From assembly GCA_964463045.1 (NCBI GenBank), contig CAYXAU010000011.1:11631-75630 (forward strand): a DNA stretch of 64,000 bases. Reading direction: 5' to 3'. Position numbers and translations under genes: made by a program. Origin of the DNA: an uncultured Candidatus Sumerlaeota bacterium. GTDB lineage: Bacteria > Sumerlaeota > Sumerlaeia > MVZB01 > JAJFLK01. Below, piece after piece: positions 49,801 to 59,000 of this stretch. The notes below the pieces were generated by a model. It was given only the letters and a program-made list of their open reading frames with translations. It was not told the DNA's origin and did not search any database. The first letter of the stretch is position 1; every line of letters starts with the position of its first letter.

Positions 49801-51652
49801 CTCCATCGGCCGCCGTCACAATCGCCTCCGCCCCCAATCGAACGTCCTGGCCGTCGTGTTGGCCGTTGCCATTGATGTCCCGCCAGAGCGTGAGCCGCGT
49901 GAAAAACGCCGCGGCGTTCAGATCGCTCGTGATCGTGAAGCGGCCCCCCTTGAAGAGGAGGTCCTCGTCGTTGCCGTTGGCGATGGTGAAGCCGAGGAGC
50001 GGGCAATCGGTCGCCCCCGGCGGCAACTGCTGGGGGTACTGATTGACGTCGGTGTTGAATGTGAGCTGGGCTCGGGGTTGACCCACCGTGCGCGTGTTGC
50101 CCAGGAAGGGGCTCGGGTTCATGGCCCCATTGGCCATCGAGGTGTTCCCGATGATGACCATGTCATCGCGGCTATTAAGAAAAACCGAGGCCGTCTGACC
50201 GTCCTGGGCCGTGCCGTTGAGATTATAAGCCACCACGAAATTGGCCGTTCCGGCGACCCCCAGGTTGACCGGCGCTGAAGCGAAATCAAACCGGACAAAG
50301 CCGTTGTCGGCGTTATACGTCCGCGTGTCGAGCAGCACGTCATTGTCGGAGACCTTCCCCAGGGGGGGCAAATCCCGATAGAGCTGCACGGACTCGATCG
50401 CCGTCAGATCATTCAGCGTCCCCAAGGCCCGGAAGGTGAACCCCCGGACCTGAGCCGTCTCGCTGCGCGCCACCGTGTCGTTCTGCACGCGGAAGGAGAT
50501 GATGTTATAGTTTCGCGCCGTGGCCGGCATCAGCACTTGGCCCGGATCGCTCGCCAATGAGAACCCAATCGGATTGTAGTTGAATTGCCAGGGGGGGCCC
50601 GTGATCGGCGCGCCGATCACCTGAGCCGGCGGATCCGTGCTCATCGCTCCGGCCGCCGCCAGAGGGCTCGCTTGCGGCAATTGAACCTGATACACGCTGC
50701 CGATGACCCCCTCGGCCTCGCTGACACAATCGACCGTGAACCAGAGTTCGACCCGATCGTTCCGAGGGACGACGACCGGCTCGCCCGGCACGAGCGCCGC
50801 CCGCCCGTTATCGGCCGGGAACGAGGCCGACGCCAGAGCCGCCGCCGGGTTCGTCGGCGCCGCGGTCGCGAGAAACAAGCGCACCGAGCCGGGAACCACG
50901 CCCGTAACCCCATGGGCCGTCCCGACGTCGAGGATATCAATCAACGTCAAGCGGATGTCCTCCACGTCGTTGGCCAGGAACCGCAATCGCAGAAGCGGCA
51001 ACAGCGTCCGGTTCGGAATGGCCGTCGCCCCGTCCGGGGACTGAGTGACCCGAACGATCGTGAGTGTCCCGGACCCGATCGTGCGCAGGAAGCCCTCGAC
51101 GGGCGCCCCCGTCACGGCCACCGGCTGCATCGTCGAGGCGTTGCGGACGGCGATGTCGGCGTTGGCGGCGACCCGCGCCCGATACGATTTCCCCGCCGTC
51201 GCCGTGGGCCCGAACGTATAGACCACGAGGAGATTCACCTGCGCCCCGCCGTTGATCGTCTGGCTCAGCCCGCCGATCGTCGCCCGTCCCGTCCCGTCGA
51301 AGCTCCCCTGCCCCAGGGCGAGGTCGGGCTGCGTACCCGTCGTCGTGAGGCGGCCGTCATTGTTCCGGTCCAGATAGAGCGCCACCCCGTCGGCCGCCAG
51401 ATCGGCGGCGCTGTCGCCGGTCCCCTCGGCCCCGGCCGAAACGGTCAGGCTCGTCACCTCGACCGTCGGCTGGCCGGAGGGATTGCGCAGATTGATCTGG
51501 AGCATCGGCTCCAGGACGGCGTTGCGGGCCACCGTCTCGATGAAGATCGTGTTCGCCCCTTCGTTGGCGGTTACGTCGGCGCCGGCGCGCCCGGCCGTCG
51601 CCAGGATGCTCAGGATCGCTCCCCCTACCGGCAGCATCGCTCTGCCGAACAT
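46856..51652 (-). CDS. Very large (~1.6 kaa) repetitive secreted cell-surface protein with recurring LYxDxNxNGxxD calcium-binding-like loops
   Basis: Signal peptide MFGRAMLPVGGAILSILATAGRAGA. Composition is T/G/A/V/N-rich and beta-rich. There are at least 6 occurrences of the h-Y-x-D-x-N-x-N/D-G loop (e.g. LYLDRNNDGRL, LWRDINGNGQHD, IYIDTNRNGRLD, LYLDNGDGLVN). A PT-rich linker lies near the C-terminus. No LPXTG or PEP-CTERM is seen. Confidence 0.65.
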   Translation of the reverse strand: MFGRAMLPVGGAILSILATAGRAGADVTANEGANTIFIETVARNAVLEPMLQINLRNPSGQPTVEVTSLTVSAGAEGTGDSAADLAADGVALYLDRNNDGRLTTTGTQPDLALGQGSFDGTGRATIGGLSQTINGGAQVNLLVVYTFGPTATAGKSYRARVAANADIAVRNASTMQPVAVTGAPVEGFLRTIGSGTLTIVRVTQSPDGATAIPNRTLLPLLRLRFLANDVEDIRLTLIDILDVGTAHGVTGVVPGSVRLFLATAAPTNPAAALASASFPADNGRAALVPGEPVVVPRNDRVELWFTVDCVSEAEGVIGSVYQVQLPQASPLAAAGAMSTDPPAQVIGAPITGPPWQFNYNPIGFSLASDPGQVLMPATARNYNIISFRVQNDTVARSETAQVRGFTFRALGTLNDLTAIESVQLYRDLPPLGKVSDNDVLLDTRTYNADNGFVRFDFASAPVNLGVAGTANFVVAYNLNGTAQDGQTASVFLNSRDDMVIIGNTSMANGAMNPSPFLGNTRTVGQPRAQLTFNTDVNQYPQQLPPGATDCPLLGFTIANGNDEDLLFKGGRFTITSDLNAAAFFTRLTLWRDINGNGQHDGQDVRLGAEAIVTAADGAYVVEWIVPEMEGITIAKRASQRFGIFADFSQTLAGDGTETFMIGVAANDDVMAVGVASTAQARFTAPTFPASVSRTFLNPRVELAHYGRGTQVLGCINGTYGLMGLVFRTPQGEDIILNRVRFQVTGTLDDAQFIAGGVAWNDRNRNFFIDTNEGVLTSTPFGVHVASSPVATDNGEGVIEFQHFPGPSRDQGTVAKNALFELTVGLGFAAPEPAVAQAQLGRNVQIHMAGPLVLEGVGARSGRPLEVSNPPGDDSGPTMTFDKGTLDVTLQPIERTTTPPNATDVEVFALGLRTSVLEDVAIDELRLRPVGTLNEALHIRPQGIKIYIDTNRNGRLDTTERGERLWAVLDPPAQDNGGIVFREPDYVSGFGNTVHTFPFGIPRYDQFLLTVDLEPTAPDGATIQFALESTGDLTASGACSLVPYQVGFEITYPTLPPLTGSVVTIQRGAVRVARDGGFYNDPDNVPVIVMAPSAVRYEVMRLDMSATAVEDIFFRGLTLRVSGTAMDHLALADMGVELFKGTIISQNRIAGGSFNADNGQVRLADLPGTITLTSEGAPADIRVALTGSGTAQLGTTIDLTFAIADLEVFGVSSGLPIETMLPETPFLNPTIRFGPGTLNVRFDDPDGFILPIPAGGSAQIQPFRLTATRTEEIVLNEVRLRGAGTADETRVSENGAVILNRRQSGSTTTIGVGQFTTDDGLAMMRGLNFRVAAGGNSGNQLSFDIALNPANAVVGQTLQFNLENAGAVIGSGGLTGAPVVVTLNDQAGSVTANPAEAISGRVVTLSNGRVTLKRGSNNQPNHFVFPNQQQASLMQLAVQVVSNLEAVTITELALCAAGTVDETTGVTAVHLYLDNGDGLVNPAGDVLIRSTTISANDGPVVFSGLQETYVSGTTRTWLVAADLTGAGQPGQTIQVTLCPPERPALVGTTQLTQVTLVYTIGSPTPVGSVLTISKTGPTPSPTPIPTEPPNRARRWALYE

Positions 51653-51933
51653 CGTCGAACCCCCTTGCCCGCCCCGGGCCTTCAGGGCGTAAGTGAAGAT
51701 GCGCCAGGCCCCCACGGCCCCTCGGGTTCCCCAAGCGGCGCCGTCAGGAAGCCGGCTTAATTGGTCGCGGTATTATCTTCGTCCTCGCGGCGGTGTTGTC
51801 AACGCCCAACCCGGCGCCCTTGGCGAAGCATGGCCCCGCGCTCCAAGGCGCAGGCATGGCCTGCGCATTCCAATCGAGAGGCGTTGCTTCAGACGTCCGT
51901 CGCGGCCGGGAGGCCTCCGCCCACGAGAGGCCG

Positions 51934-51962
51934 AGGAAAAAATCGACCCCGCGTTCAACGCG
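51934..51962 (-). terminator. Weak candidate intrinsic terminator after the GGCT-like gene
   Basis: On the minus strand CGCGTTGAACGCG forms a short hairpin (CGCGTT/AACGCG with a 1-nt loop) that overlaps the stop codon. It is followed by TTTTTT. Confidence 0.2.
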
Positions 51963-52353
51963 CGAAATAGTCCCCGGAATCGATCCGTTGGGCCGAAGGG
52001 ACCGACCCCTTCAGAAAATAACACCAGGCGGTCAGCTCCCCTCCCGCCTCCAACCGAACCGGAACCACCCGCCGCTCATAAAATCCGCTCTCGATCCCCT
52101 CGTAAGCGTCCAGCCAGGCCAGCGTCTTCGCCCCGTCCTCAAGCCGGTAAACCTCCCCGAGAACCCACGCGTCGCCCCGCTGAGCCGCCTTCATCCCGGG
52201 ATAGCGGCCCAGGTCATACAGCCGCCCCGGCGCGCGCGCCGGTCCCACCCATGCCGCCTCCATCAAGAGCCGGCGACCCTGAGGCGTCCCCGCCTCGCGC
52301 CGCAGCGTGCCATAAACGAATAGGTAAGCGCCGGGCTCCCCCGAGCTACTCAA
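51955..52353 (-). CDS. Gamma-glutamylcyclotransferase-like (AIG2/GGCT fold) protein
   Basis: The FVYGTLRR N-terminal motif and a conserved Glu region (AYEGIESGFYERRVV) are present, at ~132 aa. A TTG start is chosen because it is fused to the upstream stop (TTGAGTAG). The ORF-track ATG further upstream would overlap the neighbouring gene by >200 nt in low-complexity sequence. Confidence 0.55.
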   Translation of the reverse strand: MSSSGEPGAYLFVYGTLRREAGTPQGRRLLMEAAWVGPARAPGRLYDLGRYPGMKAAQRGDAWVLGEVYRLEDGAKTLAWLDAYEGIESGFYERRVVPVRLEAGGELTAWCYFLKGSVPSAQRIDSGDYFAR

Positions 52354-52888
52354 GGGCGATCTCGGCCTCGGGCGCGTGCTCCCGGAGGAAGCTCTCGATC
52401 CGCGCCTTGATGGCCTCGACGATCGCCTCCGGCGGTTCGACCGCCGGCAGGGCCAAGGGATCGCCCGTGGCCGGATTCTCGAAGACGACGGTCGGCCGAC
52501 CCCGTTCATCCCGCCCCCGTCCCCGCCATTTGAGCCCTCCCCATCGGAGTAACAGATGGGCCAGGACATATAGGTGGTCGTCCAGATCCTCCCGTTCGCG
52601 CTGATCCCACAGGCTCTCGAAGAGCGCCCGGACGGCCAGCGCCTTCTCCCGCCGCGAAAGTCTCGGCGTCGGCGGCTCCGGCTTGAGCCGCCGCGTGACC
52701 CAATAGGAATGATACGCTTCGGATCTGACGAGGTCCCAGCAATCGGGGCAGGTGTCGCGCCGCAGCGGCGCCTCGGCCAGCAGAATCAGCCGCGTCGGAT
52801 GTCGCTCCAGATCCTCCAACGGGGCGTTGCATTCGCTGCAATGGGCCCTCGGCCGTTCGATCCCCAACCACGGCTCGCGCTCCAGCAT
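52346..52888 (-). CDS. Hypothetical protein with N-terminal C4 zinc-ribbon (CSEC...CPDC)
   Basis: Cys pairs at residues 17/20 and 47/50 are present. The C-terminal region is acidic and helical. It is translationally coupled to the downstream GGCT-like gene. Confidence 0.45.
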   Translation of the reverse strand: MLEREPWLGIERPRAHCSECNAPLEDLERHPTRLILLAEAPLRRDTCPDCWDLVRSEAYHSYWVTRRLKPEPPTPRLSRREKALAVRALFESLWDQREREDLDDHLYVLAHLLLRWGGLKWRGRGRDERGRPTVVFENPATGDPLALPAVEPPEAIVEAIKARIESFLREHAPEAEIALE

Positions 52889-53019
52889 CGTCGGGAACTT
52901 TCTCTACGGGTTCAGAACCTCATCAACCGCCGGCGCCGCCGGCCGGGACGACTATACCGGCGCGCGGTCCGGGATTGCAAGCCGCTCGCCCCGATTGTTA
53001 GCATCCCCTGACGTGGACG

Positions 53020-54516
53020 ATGCCTCTCCATCCTAGCTCGCCCGCCGAAGGAGAGGCTCCCGCTTCGCCGCCGCCGTTGAATCCCTCGCGCGTCGTCATC
53101 CTCGGCGGGGGGGTCGCCGGGCTGACCGCCGGCTGGCGCCTGGCGGCCACCGGGCGCTTTCGTCCCGTCATTCTGGAGCGTGAGCCCGAGCCGGGGGGGC
53201 TCGCTCGGTCCCTGCACTTCAAGGGCGTCTCCACCGATCTCGGCCCGCATCGGCTGCACACGGAAATTCCCGAGATCGCCGCCCTCGTCGATTCGATCGC
53301 CGCTCCTTCTCTCTACACGATCCGGCGCCGCAGCCGTATCTATCTCCAGGGGCGCTTCCTCACGTATCCTCCGAGGCTCGGCGAGGTGCTGGCTCACCTG
53401 GGCCCGCTGCGCTGCCTCCGATTCGGGCTGAGTCTTCTGGGCGAGTCGCTCCGGCCCGCCCGCGGTCCGGAAACCTACGAATCCCTCATGCGGCGGGCGT
53501 TCGGACCGGAACTCTACGCCTTCCTTCTGCGCCCCTATAGCGCCAAGGTCTGGAAGACCGACCCGGCCCAGATTCATCCCGACACGGCGCGCGTCCGCGT
53601 CTCCGCCGGGAGCCTCGCCAAGCTCGCCCGGCGCTGGATCGGCCGCGAAGCCGAGAGCAACCCCACGGCGCTCCGGCAGTTTCGGTACGTTCGCGGCGGC
53701 GTCGAAACGCTCGTGCGTCACCTCCGCGAGCACGCCGAAGCCGCGGGCGCCGAATTGCAGCTCGCCGAACCGGCAACGGCGCTCGACCTGGAGCCGACCC
53801 CCGGGCCGGCGGGCTGGCGCGTGGCGGCCGTCCGCTCCGGCCGGACCGAAGACCACCGCCGGCAATCCGACGCCGTGATCTCGACCGTGCCGCTACCCAT
53901 TCTGCTCGGCCGCCTGCTCCCGCCGGAGCCGGGCCTGGCTTCGGCCCGCGAGGCCGCCGCCGGGCTCACTTACCTGAACATGATCTTCGTCTGCGTGATC
54001 GTCCGCCGGAAAGTCATCTCCGGCGAGAACTGGCTTTACTTCCCGGAGGCGGAGTTCATCTTCAACCGCGCCTATGAGGCCAAGACCTTCGACCCCGCGA
54101 TGGGCCCGGAAGATCGCTCCGTCCTCTGCGTCGAACTGACCGCCCGACCCGACGAGGGGATCGAAACCGAGCCGGACGCCGCCCTGGCCGCCGAGGTCAT
54201 CGCTCAGCTTGGGCGCACGGGGCTCTTCGGCGCCGACGAGGTCGAGGAATGGGTGGTCTACCGCTTGCGGTACGGCTATCCCCTCTACGCGCTGGATTAC
54301 CGCGAGCGCCTGGCCAGGGTTTTCGACGGTCTCAAACGCATCTCCAATCTCCTGACGGCGGGCCGCCAGGGTTTGTTCAATCACAACAACACCGATCATT
54401 CGATGTACATGGGCCTGCGGGCCGCCGACGCCCTCGCCGCCGAGACCCCCGCCCCCGCGGCCGAGCGGTGGTATGCCGAAGTGGAAGCCTTTAAGCACTT
54501 CCGGATCGTCGATTGA
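53020..54516 (+). CDS. NAD(P)/FAD-dependent oxidoreductase (amine-oxidase / UDP-galactopyranose-mutase-like Rossmann N-terminus)
   Basis: Dinucleotide-binding motif VVILGGGVAGLTAGWRLA...ILEREPEPGG is at the N-terminus, 498 aa. Confidence 0.7.
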   Translation: MPLHPSSPAEGEAPASPPPLNPSRVVILGGGVAGLTAGWRLAATGRFRPVILEREPEPGGLARSLHFKGVSTDLGPHRLHTEIPEIAALVDSIAAPSLYTIRRRSRIYLQGRFLTYPPRLGEVLAHLGPLRCLRFGLSLLGESLRPARGPETYESLMRRAFGPELYAFLLRPYSAKVWKTDPAQIHPDTARVRVSAGSLAKLARRWIGREAESNPTALRQFRYVRGGVETLVRHLREHAEAAGAELQLAEPATALDLEPTPGPAGWRVAAVRSGRTEDHRRQSDAVISTVPLPILLGRLLPPEPGLASAREAAAGLTYLNMIFVCVIVRRKVISGENWLYFPEAEFIFNRAYEAKTFDPAMGPEDRSVLCVELTARPDEGIETEPDAALAAEVIAQLGRTGLFGADEVEEWVVYRLRYGYPLYALDYRERLARVFDGLKRISNLLTAGRQGLFNHNNTDHSMYMGLRAADALAAETPAPAAERWYAEVEAFKHFRIVD

Positions 54517-54546
54517 AGAATCGGCAGCGGCCCCTGACCGCTTGCC

Positions 54547-55116
54547 CTAGAGTCGAATGAGATCGTTGATCAGGGCCTGAAACCGGCGGATATAAATGGG
54601 TTCCGCGCCCGGGCCGGGCGTGATGAGTCCGCCGAACCGCCGCAGGAGCGGCTCCCACTCCGGCGCGCTGACGGGCAACGGCTGATCAAGAATCCCCAGT
54701 CGCGTCCCGTCGCGCAGCTCGACCCCGACGCCGGGAAACCCCGCGATCGGCCCCTCGACCCGAGTCACCAGTCCCGCCGCGCGCAATTTTTCGATCACCC
54801 CGTCGCTGAAGCACCCCTCGGCGGCGGGGGAGCCCGGCGCACCGGAGACGTCGGCGGGCGCCGGCGTCCGATCGGCCCCGCCCACGTCGCCGACCGAGGG
54901 TTCAGCCCCCTGGGCCTGAGCAACTTTGTCGGGCGGGGCGGGTTCCCCAGGCGGTCGGCCGCCGCCGATCGCCCGGAGCACTTCGTGCTCGAAGACGAGC
55001 GCCTCGGCCTCCTGAGCCGCTCGAAGCTTGCGCAGCCGGTCCTGCGCGATGAGAATCCCCGCCAGGGCGACCAGCAGGATGCCTCCAACAAGGCCGAGCA
55101 AGAGCGTCCAATGCAT
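54547..55116 (-). CDS. Hypothetical single-pass membrane protein
   Basis: TM segment LLLGLVGGILLVALAGILIA, followed by a Pro/Ala-rich linker and a C-terminal globular region. No family is recognised. Confidence 0.4.
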   Translation of the reverse strand: MHWTLLLGLVGGILLVALAGILIAQDRLRKLRAAQEAEALVFEHEVLRAIGGGRPPGEPAPPDKVAQAQGAEPSVGDVGGADRTPAPADVSGAPGSPAAEGCFSDGVIEKLRAAGLVTRVEGPIAGFPGVGVELRDGTRLGILDQPLPVSAPEWEPLLRRFGGLITPGPGAEPIYIRRFQALINDLIRL

Positions 55117-55173
55117 CGAACCGGACCGTCGCGATCGGCGCCTCGCGCACGATCTCATCCGGCCCACGCGGCG

Positions 55174-55950
55174 TTGACAATCCTAAAACGCTTCGACGAC
55201 GGTTGGCGACGGCGGCGAGGCGTGGACCTCGTCGCCGGCCTGGACGAGGCCGGGCGGGGGGCCCTGGCCGGACCCGTCGTCGCCGCCGTCGTCATCCTCG
55301 GCCCCAGCGTCCGCCTGCCGGGGGTGGACGATTCCAAGCGGCTGCGACCGACGGCGCGCGAGGCGCTCGTTCCGGCCATCCTGGCCGCGGCCGCCGACAT
55401 CGGGCTGGGGCTCGCCACGGCCGAAGAAGTCGATCGGTTGAACGTGCTCCAGGCGACGCTGCGGGCCGCCGCCCGCGCCCTCGGCGATCTCCGCCGACCC
55501 CCCTCTTTCCTGCTGACCGATCATCTGCGCCTGGCCGGGGGGGCCGCCGAGGTGATGGCCCTGCCAGGGGCCGACGGCGCCTCGCTGGCCGTCGCCGCTG
55601 CTTCCATTCTGGCCAAGGTGACCCGGGACCGGTTGATGATCGCGCTTGAAGCCGAGTATCCGGAGTATGGCTTCCTGCGTCACAAGGGTTACGGGACGGC
55701 CGATCACCTGGCGGCGCTGGCCCGGCACGGACCGTCAGCCGCGCACCGGAGCAGCTTCGCGGGCGTTCGCTGGTTTGGAGAGCGCCCGGTTCTACGCTGC
55801 CTCAGTGGGCGGCGAGGGGCGCTGCCCCTCCGGCCGCCGCCGGCGCTCCCGCTCAGAGAGTTGCTCAGGAGCGGGCTCCCCCCGGGGGCGATTTTGGGAT
55901 GGCTCCCTGAGGCGGAGTTTGCGTCCGGGTGGTGCGGCCGGGGCGCCTGA
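55174..55950 (+). CDS. rnhB: Ribonuclease HII
   Basis: Catalytic motifs AGLDEAGRGALAGPVV and DDSKRL are present. Start is chosen at TTG 55174 (MTILKRF...) to avoid overlapping the minus-strand gene; ATG 55111 is an alternative. Confidence 0.8.
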   Translation: MTILKRFDDGWRRRRGVDLVAGLDEAGRGALAGPVVAAVVILGPSVRLPGVDDSKRLRPTAREALVPAILAAAADIGLGLATAEEVDRLNVLQATLRAAARALGDLRRPPSFLLTDHLRLAGGAAEVMALPGADGASLAVAAASILAKVTRDRLMIALEAEYPEYGFLRHKGYGTADHLAALARHGPSAAHRSSFAGVRWFGERPVLRCLSGRRGALPLRPPPALPLRELLRSGLPPGAILGWLPEAEFASGWCGRGA

Positions 55951-56028
55951 GGCGTGGCGCGCCTTGCCCACCCGCGGTCGCGGGGGATATGCTCGTCCGG
56001 GAGCCGCCGGCTCCCGGCGAGAGGGACG

Positions 56029-59000
56029 ATGGAGCAGGAGCTGGCCGATCGCCTGAGGGAGCGTTTCGCCCGCGCGCCAACGGTCGGGCGCGTCGAGGAG
56101 GCCATCGCGCGCGGCGATAATAATCTAGTTATCACCAACGCGGCGGGCGGGAGCCCCGCCCTCCTCGCCGCTCACCTGGCCGCCCGCGCCGAACGCCCCC
56201 TTCTCATCCTCACCGGCACGCTGGAGGCCGCCGAGGCCCTCGCCGACGGCATGAGCTTCTTCGGCGTCGAACCGCTCCTCTTTCCCCCCCTGGAAACCCT
56301 CCCTTTCGAAACCGCCGAGCCCGCCCTGCACGTCGCCGCCGCCCGCGCCGCCGTCCTCACGCGGCTCGTCGCGGCGGCTGACCCCGAGGCCTCCCCGCCG
56401 ACGATCGTCGCCCCGATCGACGCCCTCCTCGTCCGAATCCCTCCGGCGACCGTCTGGCGCGAGCTTGCGCTCGATCTTCGCTGGGGCGAGACGGTCGATC
56501 TGGACGCCCTCGCCGCGCGGCTGACGCGGATGGGCTATGCCCGCCAGGCGCTCGTCGAAAGCCCCGGGGAATTCGCCATCCGCGGAACGATCCTCGATCT
56601 CTTCCCGCCTGAAGCCGACCTTCCCTGTCGTCTGGACCTCTTCGGCGAAGAGATTGAATCCATCCGCCGGTTCGATCCCCGGACGCAGCGATCGCTCCCG
56701 GCCGAAGGCGAAATCGAGCGCCTTAAAGCTCTCCCGCGCGCCCTCCTGGAGCCGGCTCGGGACGTTCTGGCAGCCGGCGGGCGCCTGACCACGTTCCTGG
56801 ACCTCCTGCCGCCGGAGACGCTCCTCATCCTGGCCGGTCCCACGCGCCTGGAGCAACGGCTGGAGCATTTTGAGCAGGTGGCCGAGCGTCATTGGGCCGA
56901 AACGCTCAAGCCCGCTGACGGCGAGCCGCCGAACTTCTTCCACCAGCGCGGCTTGCGCCCGGAACACTGGATTCTCCCCCCGGCCGAAGCCCGCGCCGCG
57001 CTCGCCCGATTCCCCGCCGTCGCCTGGGCCGACCTGGAGACCGAAGCCGGCCACCCCGACGGGCCCAGAACCCGCATCGCCGTCGGGGCCCAGGGGCTCC
57101 AGACCGTCCCGTCGGATTTCGCGACCTACGCCGAACTGATCCGAGAGAAGCAACTCGAGGGCTACCGGATCGCCATCGCCTGCGACAATTTCGGTCAGGT
57201 CCAGCGTCTGGAGGAGCTCCTCTGGGAGGCCGGCGTTCCGGCCATGGCCGTCGGCGCTCCCCCGCGTGGGGCGGCCGACGGCCGTCAACCTCGGGCGCCG
57301 CTCCCGCTGGGGGCGCACGACGTCGCGCTCGTCGTGGGGGAGCTGCACGAAGGGTTCCTTTTCCCTGCGGCCCGCCTTCTTCTGATCACCGATCGAGAGA
57401 TTTTCGGACGCTATCGCCGCCGCCGAATCTACCGCAAGGCCTTCCGGGGGAAGATCGTCTCGGCGCCGTCGGAAATCGAGCGGGGGGACTTCGTGGTTCA
57501 TCGGGATCACGGTATCGGCCGGTTCGAGGGGATTCGCCGCCAGCAGGTGGACGGCCGGCTCGGCGAATTCCTCGAAATCGGCTACCAGGACGGCGACAAG
57601 CTGCTCCTACCGATCGATCGGCTCCATCTGGTCCAGAAATACGCCTCGGTCGACGGCAGAGAGCCCGCGCTCGACAGGCTCGGCGGCCGCCTCTGGAGCC
57701 GTCGCCGTCGCCGGACCGAGGAAACCGTCCGTCGCCTCGCCGGCGAGTTGCTGGAGCTCCACGCTCGGCGCCGGACCGCCGAGAAAATCCCCTGCGGCCC
57801 CGATTCCGTCTGGCAACAGGAGTTCGAAGCCTCCTTCATCTATCAGGAAACCCCGGATCAGCTCCGCGCCATCGGCGAAATCAAGACCGATCTGATGAGC
57901 CCCCGCCCGGCCGACCGGTTGCTCTGCGGCGACGTCGGGTTCGGCAAGACCGAGGTCGCCATTCGCGCCGCCTTCAAAGTCCTCCAGGAAGGGCGTCAGG
58001 TCGCCGTCCTTGTCCCGACGACGATCCTCGCCCAGCAGCACCATCGGACCTTCTCCGAGCGCCTGGCCGGTTATCCCTTCGTCGTCGAGATGTTGAGCCG
58101 CTTCCGCAGCCCGGCCGAACAGAAGGCCGTCGTCGCGGGCCTCGCCGCCGGCCGGGTCGATCTCGTGATCGGGACGCACCGGCTTCTCTCGCGCGACGTG
58201 CGTTTCGCCGACCTCGGCCTGTTGGTGATCGACGAGGAGCAGCGTTTCGGCGTGGCGCAGAAGGAACGGATCAAGTCCCTGCGCGCCTCGGTCGACGTCC
58301 TCTCGATGACGGCCACGCCGATCCCTCGAACGTTGCACATGGCGCTTTCCAAGCTGCGCGACCTGAGCATCATCGAGACGCCCCCCGCCGATCGGCTGCC
58401 GATCAAGACCCGGACGATCTATTTCGAGCGGGACCCGATTGAGGAGGCGCTGCTGCGGGAGCTCAATCGCGGCGGCCAGGTCTATTTCGTCCATAACCGG
58501 ATCGAGTCCATCCACGAGGTCGCCGAGACGCTGCGCCAGATCGTCCCCCGCGCCCGGATCGCCGTCGCCCACGGCCGGACGGACGAGGCCGAGCTCGAAC
58601 GCCTGATGCTGGACTTCATCGCCGGGAACTATGACATCCTCCTCTCGACCACCATCATCGAGAACGGCATCGACATCCCCAACGTCAATACGATCATCGT
58701 CAACCGCGCCGACGCCATGGGGCTCGCCCAGCTTTATCAGCTCCGCGGCCGCGTCGGCCGCGACGTCCGCCAGGCTTACGCTTATCTCGTCCTCCCCCGC
58801 GGGAGGCCCATCACGGACACGGCGCTCAAGCGGCTTCAGGCCCTGGAGGAGTTCTCCGAGTTGGGAATGGGCTTCGCCATCGCCATGCGCGACATGGAAA
58901 TCCGGGGCGCCGGCAACCTCTTGGGGCGCGAGCAAAGCGGGGCGATCGCCGAGATCGGCTTCGACCTTTACTGTCAATTGCTCGAAGAGGCGGTGATGGA

